The notes under the pieces: generated by a model
Told to the model about the DNA's origin: nothing
The model's input: the letters and a program-made list of their open reading frames with translations, nothing else
The model's database searches: none
Position numbers and translations under genes: made by a program
Shown: piece after piece, positions 40,334 through 50,142 of the stretch
Position numbering within the stretch: position 1 is the first letter of the stretch
Layout: each line of letters opens with the position of its first letter
Assembly: GCA_963718615.1 (NCBI GenBank)
Contig: OY970368.1
Location: forward strand, 4,192,001-4,256,000
DNA: 64,000 bases
DNA from: an uncultured cyanobacterium
GTDB taxonomy: Bacteria > Cyanobacteriota > Cyanobacteriia > PCC-9006 > JAAUQQ01
Reading direction: 5' to 3'

Positions 40334-41312
40334 ATGCCTAGTCCCCGTGTTCTGTGCCTTGGTGAAATGCTGTTTGATCGACTGGCGGACCAGCCAGCAA
40401 TGTCTGCCGATGCGGTGCAAACTTGGACAGACTATCCCGGTGGTTCCCCGGCTAACGTGGCCTGTGCCTTAGCTCGCCTAGGGACCCCAGCTGCCTTTGT
40501 GGGCTGTTTGGGCCAGGATGAGCGGGGTGATGCCTTGATGCAAGTGTTAACCGAAGCGGGGGTGAATACGACTGCGGTTCAGCGTCACGCCACAGCACCC
40601 ACTCGTACGGTTGAGGTCTTGAGTGGAGCAGAAGGCGGCTCCTCCAGCGAATTTAGGACAGAGGCCACGACGACGTTTGCCGATACCCAGTTTCAAGCCA
40701 GTCAACTACCGGTGACGCTGTTTGAAGCTGCGGAGTATTTGGTGCTGGGCACGGTTGGGTTGGCCCAGCCGGAAACGGGACAGGCGATCGCCCGCGCCCT
40801 AGATTTAGCCGATCAGTACTACGTCAAAATTTTTCTCGATGTCAATTGGCGGCCTCAGTTTTGGCCAGATCCCGACCAAGCCACGGCCCAGATTGAAGCC
40901 CTGTTGAAGCGGATTGATTTCTTAAAACTGGCCGAGGAGGAAGCCCTTCTGGCTGTTTGAGACCGATGATCCCCAAACCATTTTGCAATCCCTGGAGCAG
41001 CTTGAAGGGGTGGTGGTGACCCAGGGCCAAACCGGCTGTCGCTATGCCTTTTCCCAGGGGGCGGTGGGTCGTCTACCGGCCTTTATCACCGCTGTGCAGG
41101 ATGTGACGGGGGCGGGGGATAGCTTTGTGGCAGCCTTGGTGCATCAATTGGTGGAGCAGGGACTGACGGGTCTGTCGGATATTGCCAAGCTGGAAGCGAT
41201 GCTGCGCTATGCCTCGGCGGCGGGGGCTTTGACGACGATGAAGCGGGGGGCGATCGCCGCCCAACCCACCGATGCGGAGATTCAAACCTTTTTGGTGGGG
41301 CGCGTCGGCTAG
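40334..41312 (+). CDS. PfkB family carbohydrate kinase (frameshift near 40947, probable sequence error)
   Basis: PGGSPANVA, DVNWR, DVTGAGDSF; the two ORFs join (EEALWLFETD) on removing one T. Confidence 0.85.
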
Positions 41313-41314
41313 CC

Positions 41315-41794
41315 ATGGGTCAGGAAATTGAGCGAAAATTTTTGGTGCGGGGCGAGGGCTGGCGGGGACTGGCCAGCGGCATTCCCTACTGCCAGGGCTA
41401 TATCAAAACCGTCCAGGGCGATCGCCCCCATCGCTCCGTGCGAATTCGCATTGCCGGGAGCCAGGGCTATTTGACCATTAAGGGACCGATTCAGGGGATC
41501 ACCCGTTCGGAGTTTGAATATCCGATTCCGGTGGCCGAGGCACGGGAGATGCTGGAGAGTCTGTGCGATCGCCCCCTGATCGAAAAAATCCGCTACAAAA
41601 TCCCGTTTCAGGGGCTGACCTGGGAACTGGATGAATTTCTAGGGGAAAATCAGGGGCTGCTGATTGCCGAAGTGGAACTGTTGTCAGAATCCCAGGACAT
41701 TGTTTTGCCAGATTGGGTGGGTGAGGAGGTGACGGGCGATCGCCGCTATTACAACTCCGCTTTAGCCAATCATCCCTTTTCGGCTTGGACCTAG
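41315..41794 (+). CDS. CYTH domain protein
   Basis: EIERKFLV, EFEY.IP, WELDEF.G.N.GL.IAEVEL, EVTGD.RY.N. Confidence 0.93.
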   Translation: MGQEIERKFLVRGEGWRGLASGIPYCQGYIKTVQGDRPHRSVRIRIAGSQGYLTIKGPIQGITRSEFEYPIPVAEAREMLESLCDRPLIEKIRYKIPFQGLTWELDEFLGENQGLLIAEVELLSESQDIVLPDWVGEEVTGDRRYYNSALANHPFSAWT

Positions 41795-41809
41795 GGTTGA
41801 GGTTAAGGG

Positions 41810-42304
41810 CTACAACGCTTGCAGCGCCGCCAGATACTCGATCGCCGCCTCCAATCGCGAGGGATAGCCATAGGCAAATTCCTCAAACCATAGCCCTTCG
41901 TCCGTGGTGACGTTAATGGTTTTGAGCCAATCCTGGGCATAGGCAACCAGCGCGGCCCGCTGCCGCTCGGCTTCGGCGGCTTGCTGCCGGGTCTGCGCCA
42001 AGGCTTCAGCTTCTTGCTTGGCGGCTTGCTCTGCCTTGAGCGTGGTCAAGAGCGGCAATTCTGCTGTGACCGGTGACGCTGTGACCGGTGACGCTGTGAC
42101 GGGCGACGCTGTGACCGGTGACGGGGGGGAATGGGAGAGTTGGGTTTGAACCTGTTTGCGATCGCCCTGACTAATCTGCGCCAGCAACTGCTCCAGGGAT
42201 GCGGGAGGGATCTTGGCAGCGGCTGGCGGTGAATCCAATTGCTTCGATCGCAGCGATCGCTCTGAAGGGTCCAAACGCTGGAGGAGTTGATCGAGAGGAT
42301 CCAT
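41810..42304 (-). CDS. Slr1339-like (salt stress) protein
   Basis: C-terminal WL......EGLWFEEFAYGYPSRLEAAIEYL. Confidence 0.7.
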   Translation of the reverse strand: MDPLDQLLQRLDPSERSLRSKQLDSPPAAAKIPPASLEQLLAQISQGDRKQVQTQLSHSPPSPVTASPVTASPVTASPVTAELPLLTTLKAEQAAKQEAEALAQTRQQAAEAERQRAALVAYAQDWLKTINVTTDEGLWFEEFAYGYPSRLEAAIEYLAALQAL

Positions 42305-42308
42305 GGGT

Positions 42309-42908
42309 TTAGTCGGCGATCGCCGCAGTCAACACTTCTACCAAGCTCATATCCGCCATATCTTCCATCGTCACCGTATCGCAAATATCAAACTTGGCCC
42401 CGACTCCCTCTAGCTCATCATCCAACGCTTTGAGGAAGCGAGTTGCGCTAGCATCCGCACCCACTTGAATAAACGACACCGCCAGCTCTTCATCACGCTC
42501 CATCTGCTGGGTGGCATAAATAATGCTTTCCATTACCGCCCGACGATCATCGGGTTCCCCATCGGTGACCACCAAAATCGTTTCCCCCGCTGGTTTAGAT
42601 TGCCCCGCTGCTTTCCGTTGGAAATAGCTCTTGAAGGCATCGGTGAGGACCGCCGCCAAGTTGGTAGTACCCATGGGGTCATTTTCTAGAAAAATTTGTG
42701 AGACCTTGTCGGAGGTCACATCGTCATAGCGCCGAAAGCGGCTAGAAAAGAGATAGACCGTAATCCCGTCGGGGTCAAATTGCTCACACTTACGCGCCAA
42801 GGCGAGGGTTGATTCCTCTGCGACTTCCCAGCGACTGCGCTTCCCTTGGTCGCAGACCGACATGCTGCCGCTTTTATCCAGAATGAGGGTATAGTCCCGA
42901 TCTTTCAC
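42309..42908 (-). CDS. VWA domain protein
   Basis: DKSGSM MIDAS motif, VVTDGEPDD; GTG start preceded by AGGGAG. Confidence 0.9.
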   Translation of the reverse strand: MKDRDYTLILDKSGSMSVCDQGKRSRWEVAEESTLALARKCEQFDPDGITVYLFSSRFRRYDDVTSDKVSQIFLENDPMGTTNLAAVLTDAFKSYFQRKAAGQSKPAGETILVVTDGEPDDRRAVMESIIYATQQMERDEELAVSFIQVGADASATRFLKALDDELEGVGAKFDICDTVTMEDMADMSLVEVLTAAIAD

Positions 42909-43180
42909 GTTGTTCTCCCTTTTTGAATGGGTACTCGTCTCAGTACTCTTTCGACTATAGCCAAGGACTTCTGAAGCTGCCATGCCGCCATGTTCAACGC
43001 CCCGATAAACACGTAGGCAAACACGCAGAGAAACACACCTGTCTATGTGGAAAAATCCACTGCCCCCTTTTCGCCCTCTAGATAGCATGAAACAATTTGC
43101 CTCAGCTCCGGGTCAAAAGGCTACAGACATTCCCGGCAGCTCCTATCCTAGTCAGTCTGTGCAGAAAGGAAAACAGCACC

Positions 43181-45145
43181 ATGGCAAAATGGCGAAATCT
43201 GCTGCTCGCAGCAGCGGCACCGGCTCTTGTGTGGGCAGCGGCAGTGGATGCGGCCACCCTAAATCGCTGGGCGTTGAATCTCTCCAATAATCAGCTGGAG
43301 TTCACGACGGATACCGCCGTCCAGCCTAAATCCTTCATGATTTTCAATCCTTCCCGGATTGTGATCGATTTGCCCAATACCAAGCTGGGCAGCGGAACCG
43401 TTCGGGAAGATGTGGGTAAACGCAAGGAGATTAAACAAATTCGCTTGGGCCAGCCCGATGCCCAGACGACGCGGATCGTGATTGAGTTAGCCGATGGCTA
43501 TGCGATCGACCCTAAAAAGACCGTCCTCAAACGGGTTTCGGGCAATAACTGGGCGCTGGATCTCAACTGTATTATTGCCCTCCCAAAGGCGGGGGCTACG
43601 GCGGTCACGATTAATATTCCAACTTCAGGCCAGGGCGGTTCTCCAGCTCCCATCCCAACACCGACTCCAACTCCAACTCCAACGCCGACCCCGGCCCCAA
43701 CTCCAACCCCTGTCCCACTTCCCCAACCGCCCACCGTCCCCCCCAGTTCCGGGGCTGGCATTCCTCCCACAACATTGGGCGTTGGTGGGCGCAAGCGGTT
43801 TTGCCGAGCGCAGGTCCCCAGTGCCCTCAGCAGTATTCTCAATCAAAATGCCAGTGCTCGCTGGAGTGCCATGGTGCAAACCCAAAGCGGCAGTACGCTG
43901 TTCGATCGCAGTTCAACCACTCCCCTTGCACCTGCATCTACCAACAAACTGCTGACCACCGCTGCGGCCCTCACCAAACTGGGGCCAAATTACCGGATTA
44001 CCACGAAGGTTTTGGGAGACAGCAAAGGCCCAACGGTAAATAACCTGCGCATCATTGGCCAAGGGGACCCAACCTTCACGACTACAGATTTGCGGAGCAT
44101 CGTCCAACAACTCCAGGGCAAGGGCATTCGCCAGATCGGCACCTTGATTGGGGACGATACTCTCTTCCAAGGACCATCGCTGAATCCCAACTGGCTGTCT
44201 GAGGATCGGGGGCAAGCCTATGCACCGCCTGTCAATAGCTTGCTGATTAACGAAAATATTGTGGGCCTGACGCTCGCACCCCAGCGCCAGGGGCAAGCGT
44301 TGGCTGTCAAATGGGATGATCCGACCGATCAACAATACTGGGTGATTGATAATCGGTCGGTGACGGCTTCTAGCTCCGCTTCGGAATATTTGGATTTAGT
44401 CCCTTCGGGCAACCGCATTATTATCACGGGACAATTGCGGCAAGGCGCAGCCTCGGAGCCCGTCGGGGTTGCGATTCCTAACGAAGGTAACTATCTGGTG
44501 CGCAAGTTCGACAATTTGCTCAAGGCCAGCAACATTGCCGTCGGTACAGCAACCTTGGTTACGAAGTCGCCGGCTCCCTCGGGTCTCCTCGAACTGGCTT
44601 CGGCGCAGTCGGACACCCTGGCGCAAATGATTGCAACCACCAACCAGGACAGCAACAATCTCTATGCAGAGGCGTTTCTGAAGGTACTGGGAGCCCAGCG
44701 GCTTCCCGATGCGGTGGATGCTCGGGTCAGTGGAGTTGCGGCGATTCGCACAATTCTTGCGGGACTAGGGGTTGATGTGAACCAAATTCAGCAGGTGGAT
44801 GGTTCGGGACTGGCTCCCAATAACCGGGTGAGTGCGAAGGCGTTTGTGCAGGTGTTGCAAGCGATGGCGAAGGGGTCGAATGCGGAGGTGTTTCGGCGAT
44901 CGCTCCCTGTCGGCGGCCAAAGCGGTACCTTAGAAAACCGTTTCAGCGGCACGATCGCAGCTGGTCGAGTTTTTGCCAAAACCGGAACCATTTCCGGCGT
45001 GATTTCCTTAGCGGGATATATCTACCCGACCAACGCCGCACCGCTTTCCTTTGCGGTCTTGGTCAATTCAGGCAGCTCCCAATCCTCTCTCCGGGCCATC
45101 ATTGACCAGATGGTCGTGGAACTGGTGGAACTGGACGATTGCTAA
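43181..45145 (+). CDS. dacB: AMIN domain + Pro/Thr linker + D-Ala-D-Ala carboxypeptidase/endopeptidase (peptidase S13, PBP4)
   Basis: Signal peptide, AMIN motifs, PASTNK (SxxK), GDP, SNN (SxN), DGSGL, KTGT. Confidence 0.9.
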   Translation: MAKWRNLLLAAAAPALVWAAAVDAATLNRWALNLSNNQLEFTTDTAVQPKSFMIFNPSRIVIDLPNTKLGSGTVREDVGKRKEIKQIRLGQPDAQTTRIVIELADGYAIDPKKTVLKRVSGNNWALDLNCIIALPKAGATAVTINIPTSGQGGSPAPIPTPTPTPTPTPTPAPTPTPVPLPQPPTVPPSSGAGIPPTTLGVGGRKRFCRAQVPSALSSILNQNASARWSAMVQTQSGSTLFDRSSTTPLAPASTNKLLTTAAALTKLGPNYRITTKVLGDSKGPTVNNLRIIGQGDPTFTTTDLRSIVQQLQGKGIRQIGTLIGDDTLFQGPSLNPNWLSEDRGQAYAPPVNSLLINENIVGLTLAPQRQGQALAVKWDDPTDQQYWVIDNRSVTASSSASEYLDLVPSGNRIIITGQLRQGAASEPVGVAIPNEGNYLVRKFDNLLKASNIAVGTATLVTKSPAPSGLLELASAQSDTLAQMIATTNQDSNNLYAEAFLKVLGAQRLPDAVDARVSGVAAIRTILAGLGVDVNQIQQVDGSGLAPNNRVSAKAFVQVLQAMAKGSNAEVFRRSLPVGGQSGTLENRFSGTIAAGRVFAKTGTISGVISLAGYIYPTNAAPLSFAVLVNSGSSQSSLRAIIDQMVVELVELDDC

Positions 45146-45157
45146 AGTGCGCTTAAA

Positions 45158-45195
45158 GCAAAGAGGAGCAGTGCACCAGCGCTACCCCTCTTTGC
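45158..45195. terminator. Hairpin between convergent dacB and tRNA-Leu
   Basis: GCAAAGAGG...CCTCTTTGC inverted repeat. Confidence 0.55.
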
Positions 45196-45208
45196 AGGAA
45201 GTTATAAA

Positions 45209-45290
45209 TGGGCGAGGTGGGACTTGAACCCACAAGGCCGAAACCGCCGCATTTTGAGTGCGGTGCGTCTACCAATTCCGCCACTCGCCC
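45209..45290 (-). tRNA. trnL: tRNA-Leu(CAA)
   Basis: GGGCGAG acceptor stem, GGCGGAATTGGTAGACGC D-arm, CCGCA-CTCAAAA-TGCGG anticodon arm, long variable arm, GTTCAAGTC T-loop; CCA not encoded. Confidence 0.96.
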
Positions 45291-45576
45291 GAATTGGTCT
45301 CCCCATTATATACCCCATTTGCAACGTTCCGACTAGGAAGAGACCAGGAATTTAAAGCCGACACGGATATTTTCTTTGTAAAAAGACTTGGGCCTAGTCC
45401 ATCGGAGCGCTAAAATCCTAGCCGGTACATCTGGGGAGACAAGGATACCCCTCTTGCGACTGGGCCTAGGCTGAAGGATCTGTCGTCAAAGCTTGTTTTG
45501 ATGGGACAAGCCCTACGGAAGCAGAGATTTCAAGCATGTTACTGTTCGGTGAGTCAGCTTGCTGTCTAATGGAGTA

Positions 45577-46734
45577 ATGGTCGTGGTGAATTGGCAAAAA
45601 ATTTTACTTGGCACGGTAGCTCCCTTGGTGTTCTATGCTTCCGCTGCCGATGCTGCGAGTTTAAAGAGCTGGACCTTTAATACCCAACAAAATCGCTTAG
45701 AGTTCACCACGGATTCGGCGGTTCAGCCCAAGGCGATTCTCATTTATAATCCCTATCGTCTGGTGATTGACCTACCGGGTACGAAGCTAGGTCGGGCAAC
45801 AGCAACTGAAAATTTTACGACTGGGGTTAAGCAACTGCGGGTTGGCCAGTTCAATACGGATACGGCCCGCTTGGTGCTGGAGTTGGCTCCGGGCTATGCC
45901 ATTGACCCGGATAAAGTGGCGATCAAACTGGGCTCCAATAACACCTGGATGGTGGATCTCAATTGCGTCGTGGAGTTACCCAAAGCAGGGGTGACCACGG
46001 TTCCTATCGCGGTTGAAGGAGGACCAGGGGCAACGCCAACCCCTGCACCGACACCTACTCCCGCACCAACGCCGACGCCTGCACCCAAACCGACGCCTGC
46101 ACCCAAACCGACGCCTGCACCGACGCCTGCACCTGCACCGACTCCCACACCGCCTGCCTCCACCCTCCCTACGGTCACTCGCAATAAATACACCGTTGTG
46201 ATTGATCCAGGCCATGGCGGACCCGATCCAGGCGCAGTCGGGATCGGCGGTACACGGGAAAAGGATGTGGTGACGGAGATCTCTCTCCAGGTCCGCGATT
46301 TGCTCCAACAACAAGGCGTGCGAGTGGTGATGACCCGCAGCACCGATATTGACCTGGATCTACAACCCCGTGTGGATATTGCCGAGCGGGCCAATGCCAC
46401 GGCCTTTGTCAGCATTCATGCCAATGCCATTAGCCTCAGTCGCCCAGATATCAATGGTTTGGAATCCTTTTATTACTCTTCAGCAGCAGGAAAACGTCTA
46501 GCCACCGAGATCCATAATGCGATTATGAGAGATAGAAATATTAATCTTGATGATCGCGGGGTGCGAGAGGCTCGGTTCTATGTGATCCGGGTGACCTCAA
46601 TGCCTGCTGCACTGATCGAAACGGGATTCTTGACCGGGGCAAAGGATTCGGTAAAGCTGCGCAACCCAGCCTTTCGCAGGCAAATGTCCCAGGCGATCGC
46701 CACCGGCATTCTCAACTATCTCCGAGGTCTCTAG
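45577..46734 (+). CDS. amiC: AMIN + N-acetylmuramoyl-L-alanine amidase (Amidase_3)
   Basis: IDPGHGG.DPGA, EK, FVSIHAN, LIETGF; PTPAP linker. Confidence 0.92.
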   Translation: MVVVNWQKILLGTVAPLVFYASAADAASLKSWTFNTQQNRLEFTTDSAVQPKAILIYNPYRLVIDLPGTKLGRATATENFTTGVKQLRVGQFNTDTARLVLELAPGYAIDPDKVAIKLGSNNTWMVDLNCVVELPKAGVTTVPIAVEGGPGATPTPAPTPTPAPTPTPAPKPTPAPKPTPAPTPAPAPTPTPPASTLPTVTRNKYTVVIDPGHGGPDPGAVGIGGTREKDVVTEISLQVRDLLQQQGVRVVMTRSTDIDLDLQPRVDIAERANATAFVSIHANAISLSRPDINGLESFYYSSAAGKRLATEIHNAIMRDRNINLDDRGVREARFYVIRVTSMPAALIETGFLTGAKDSVKLRNPAFRRQMSQAIATGILNYLRGL

Positions 46735-46776
46735 GACAAGTTCGCGCTTCTCATCCCTGGGATCTCCTCGGCAACG

Positions 46777-47634
46777 CTACCACCAATTCTTGGCTAAGCC
46801 CAGGCTTTTCTGGGCTCCCGCCATTAATCCGAGATAGGTATCGCTGCTGGCCCAGCGATCGATTTCTCTAGCCCGCAGGACAGGGAGGGGATGACTCAGG
46901 GGCGCGGTTTGGAGTTCGCGAATTACTTGCCCCAGCTCGGTGCTGCTGACTTCATCGTAAGAGCGGGCCTGTTCTAAGAAGGCATCTAGGTTCAGTTGCT
47001 TGGCCAATTGCGGAGAACCACCGGTTAATTTCATCAGGACAGCGGCGACGGTGCGGGGATCTTGGCTGACGAGGAGAGCGGCGCGATCGCAGGTAAACTC
47101 CGCACAGCGCACCCACTGCATCATCTGCTGTTGAAGGTTTTGTGTGAGCAACTGTCCAATGCCGGGTAACAGACTTGCACCTAGCAGCATCAAATTGGCG
47201 AGGGTTAGATAAACCCCATGGTCACATTTGAGATGGCCTAACTCGTGGGCAATGACGGCTTGGATCTCGGCGGGTTCTAGCAAATCCAGAAGAGATGTGT
47301 GAACAACAATGAAGGGCTGTTTGCCCCGCATAGCCATCGTGTAAGCATTGGGTGCTGGATTCTGTTTGATATAAAGCGCCGGGGCTTCGATGTCGAGGAT
47401 TTGGCAAGCGGATTGCAGGAGTTCGTAGAGATCGGGCAGTTGCTTGGGGCCAACAAGGATGCTGGAGGCAATATTGTCGAGGTAAAAGATCTGCTCGGCG
47501 GTGGGACCTAGGAGGTTGCGGATCAGCAGGTCAAAGCCGGGGAGTTGTTTGAGGGCTTGGGTGGCTTGGCGATCGAGGGGATGACGAAACTGGTCGGCTT
47601 TGAGGCCGATGAGGGCGGGTTTGGCAACGTCCAT
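46777..47634 (-). CDS. M48 family metallopeptidase
   Basis: PNAY, AHELGH, EFTCDR, SHP. Confidence 0.9.
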   Translation of the reverse strand: MDVAKPALIGLKADQFRHPLDRQATQALKQLPGFDLLIRNLLGPTAEQIFYLDNIASSILVGPKQLPDLYELLQSACQILDIEAPALYIKQNPAPNAYTMAMRGKQPFIVVHTSLLDLLEPAEIQAVIAHELGHLKCDHGVYLTLANLMLLGASLLPGIGQLLTQNLQQQMMQWVRCAEFTCDRAALLVSQDPRTVAAVLMKLTGGSPQLAKQLNLDAFLEQARSYDEVSSTELGQVIRELQTAPLSHPLPVLRAREIDRWASSDTYLGLMAGAQKSLGLAKNWW

Positions 47635-47830
47635 GGGCGATATCCTGGGGCAGAGTCCTTGATTGACCATGGGTTCAAGGTAGCGCAAAACCTAGGTGTT
47701 GACTGCGAGTGCGAGCCCAGTTGCTTCGAGTCGGATCTCTGATTCTCTCTCCAGAGGGAGGGCTGTGCCTGTGCAAATTGGCTAGACTCTGGCATCGAAT
47801 TCAGAACTTTGGGTTTGCTCAACATTTTGC

Positions 47831-49162
47831 TTGAGCAATCTCTCCCCAAGGATGCCAAACGCCAAATTTATGAAGCACCCCTCCAACCCCCAGTTTTTGG
47901 GTCAGGCTCCATTACCGCCCTCGGAACTGTCACCACCAGAACTGCTACAACCAGAACAAAACGTTGATCAAGGGACAGAGCCGCCAGCGCAGCCCGAATC
48001 AGAAAAACTGGACACAGTCACGGAGGGCTACGAATCCATTGAAGCGCCCTTGCCGCTCAAGCGCAAGCTACGCTACCGTTCTTTGCGTTTTTGGGCCACC
48101 GCCAAGCAACGGTTTGTACAACTGTGGACCAAAAACGGAGGGAGTTGGGTTTGGCTGGAAGGCAAGCCTATGCCCTTGGTCGGGCTGAATCGCAAGCTGT
48201 GGCGCATCGCCGAGCCTTCGCTCAACTATCTGATTTTGCTGCTGCTCTCTGGCATCATTTCTACCTTTGGGCTGTTGGCGGGCAGTGCTGCCACCATCAT
48301 TGGAGCGATGATTGTCGCGCCGCTCATGGGGCCAATTATTGCCTTTGCCTTTGCCATGGTGGTGGGCAATCGGCGATTGCTGAAACGCTCAACCCTGAGT
48401 TTGATCCTCGGAACGGCGCTAACGGTGGTGAGTGCCTGGATGATTGCTTCCATCGTCGGGCTTGACGCCCTCAATCCCGAAATCAATGCTCGAATTCGTC
48501 CAACCCTCATCGACCTGGGCGTGGCGCTAGCAGCGGGGGCAGCGGGAACCTATGCCAACACCCATCGAGGGATTGCGGATGCACTGCCGGGGGTGGCGAT
48601 CGCCGTCGCCCTAGTCCCTCCTCTCAGCGTCGTCGGTATCGGCTTAGCGATGGGATCGAGTACCGTGGCCATCGGCTCAACGCTGCTCTTTTTGACCAAC
48701 CTCACCGCCATCATTTTTAGTGGGGGACTGGTTTTTATCTGGCAAGAATACGGCTCGTTGCGTCGTGCTCAATCGGGTCTGACCATGGCCATGATCATTC
48801 TGTCTTTGTTGGGATTACCGCTTACCCTGTCCATGCGCGAACTGGTTTTACAGGCCAAAGCGCAAAATAGCATTTATGCGCTCATTAGCCGCCGCACGGT
48901 GACCTTTAGCACTACCGATATTCAGCGGATTCGTGTTTTGCTCAAAGAGGGCCGATTGCAAGTCCACGTAGAAGTGGCAGCGCCTCAGGATAGCATCACG
49001 GAGCAACAGGTGGTCCTGGTGCGGGAGTTTTTGGAGCGGGAGTTAGAGCGGCCGATTGACCTTAATGTTCAGGTTTTCCCGGTGCATAGTTTTTCCGCAA
49101 CGGCGTCAGAGGCTCAAGTTTTACCGATTAGTTTATCCCCTTGGGTCAAAATGTTTAACTAG
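47831..49162 (+). CDS. DUF389/TIGR00341 family membrane protein
   Basis: IIGAMIVAPLMGP, LPGVAIAVALVPPL; start uncertain. Confidence 0.88.
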   Translation: MSNLSPRMPNAKFMKHPSNPQFLGQAPLPPSELSPPELLQPEQNVDQGTEPPAQPESEKLDTVTEGYESIEAPLPLKRKLRYRSLRFWATAKQRFVQLWTKNGGSWVWLEGKPMPLVGLNRKLWRIAEPSLNYLILLLLSGIISTFGLLAGSAATIIGAMIVAPLMGPIIAFAFAMVVGNRRLLKRSTLSLILGTALTVVSAWMIASIVGLDALNPEINARIRPTLIDLGVALAAGAAGTYANTHRGIADALPGVAIAVALVPPLSVVGIGLAMGSSTVAIGSTLLFLTNLTAIIFSGGLVFIWQEYGSLRRAQSGLTMAMIILSLLGLPLTLSMRELVLQAKAQNSIYALISRRTVTFSTTDIQRIRVLLKEGRLQVHVEVAAPQDSITEQQVVLVREFLERELERPIDLNVQVFPVHSFSATASEAQVLPISLSPWVKMFN

Positions 49163-49211
49163 TTTTCAACGGGTTTCAACCGGCTTTTAACTAGTTTCAA
49201 CGGGTTTCAAC
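49155..49211. repeat. Degenerate ~10-bp tandem repeats (TTTCAACGGG/TTAACTAG) between convergent genes
   Basis: Directly visible. Confidence 0.75.
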
Positions 49212-50076
49212 TTGGGGGGAAAAACAGCACCGGATGCCAGGATTGTCGCAAAACTTCTGCACCGAAGCTGGGGACGGATAACTCTAAGAAGCGATTGGTT
49301 TTGCGATCGGAGATGGCGATCGCGCTAATATCCTCCCGCGTCGCAGCCCGCATAATCTGCTCCATCAAACCACCTCGGGCAATGTGGGTGGAAACCTTGA
49401 GCCCAACGGCCTCTAGTTCCTGTTGGGCAGCGGCCAGTTTGGTCTCAGCCTCCGCTTGGAGATAGTCCTTCGGTAAACGCCCCCCAATTTCAATCACCCA
49501 CACCAAGACGCAGCTTTCTAGGGTGGATTGGGGATTGTTGGCAATTTTCTGCTTGATCTGGGCGATCGTGTGGTTAGCGGACTGGCTGCCGTCGTAGGGC
49601 AACAGGAGCGATCGAAAGAGGTTTTTACAGCGTAGCGCCAGCTCGCATTCCATATAGGTAGAGACCACCGGCGGACGCAGAATCAGCAGTGGACATTGAA
49701 GAGTTTGGGCCAAGACCGCAGAAGTGCTGCCAAAGAGATTCTTGGTGAGCAGACTCCGAATGGGTGAACCGAGCACGACCAAATCCGCTTGATGTTGCTG
49801 AACCGCTCGGTTGATGGAACGCTGGGCCGCGCCTGAATCTACCTCGATCGCCACCTCTATGCCTGGTAAGCTCTGGGCCAGGGCCGGAGCCAAAATCTGC
49901 TTGGCCGCCTGAACCGCCTCTCGGTCTTCCTTGGGAATATCGCTGTCATCATCCAGGGGAGCACTGTGCAAAAACACGAGCTTTTGTACGCCAGCCTCCG
50001 CAAGTTGAGGCACAAAGCGCACGAGCCGCTCGATACCGTCTCCCAAATCCGTACAGATTAAAAGGCGTTGAAACAT
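49207..50076 (-). CDS. Universal stress protein (tandem USP)
   Basis: MFQRLLICTD, FGS....L...CPLLI, LLPYDGS, WHPVLFFP. Confidence 0.9.
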   Translation of the reverse strand: MFQRLLICTDLGDGIERLVRFVPQLAEAGVQKLVFLHSAPLDDDSDIPKEDREAVQAAKQILAPALAQSLPGIEVAIEVDSGAAQRSINRAVQQHQADLVVLGSPIRSLLTKNLFGSTSAVLAQTLQCPLLILRPPVVSTYMECELALRCKNLFRSLLLPYDGSQSANHTIAQIKQKIANNPQSTLESCVLVWVIEIGGRLPKDYLQAEAETKLAAAQQELEAVGLKVSTHIARGGLMEQIMRAATREDISAIAISDRKTNRFLELSVPSFGAEVLRQSWHPVLFFPPS

Positions 50077-50091
50077 AGCGCTGCGACTCGT

Positions 50092-50120
50092 AAAAAAAAG
50101 GACCCTTTTGGGTCCCTTAT
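50092..50120 (-). terminator. Rho-independent terminator of desA
   Basis: GGACCC-AAAA-GGGTCC followed by a T-run on the minus strand. Confidence 0.75.
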
Positions 50121-50142
50121 ATTTTGACACGCGACTAACGGA

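Noticed and set aside
40334-41312. PfkB and DUF502 as true pseudogenes or programmed frameshifts
   Set aside because: Single-base defects in an identical context but different codon phase, in otherwise intact genes; sequence error is more likely
45209-45290. tRNA-Leu as an island integration site
   Set aside because: No duplicated tRNA 3' end or integrase seen; flanks look host-like
50076-50130. N-terminal extension of the USP ORF
   Set aside because: Overlaps the desA terminator hairpin; the ATG at 50076 gives a typical start
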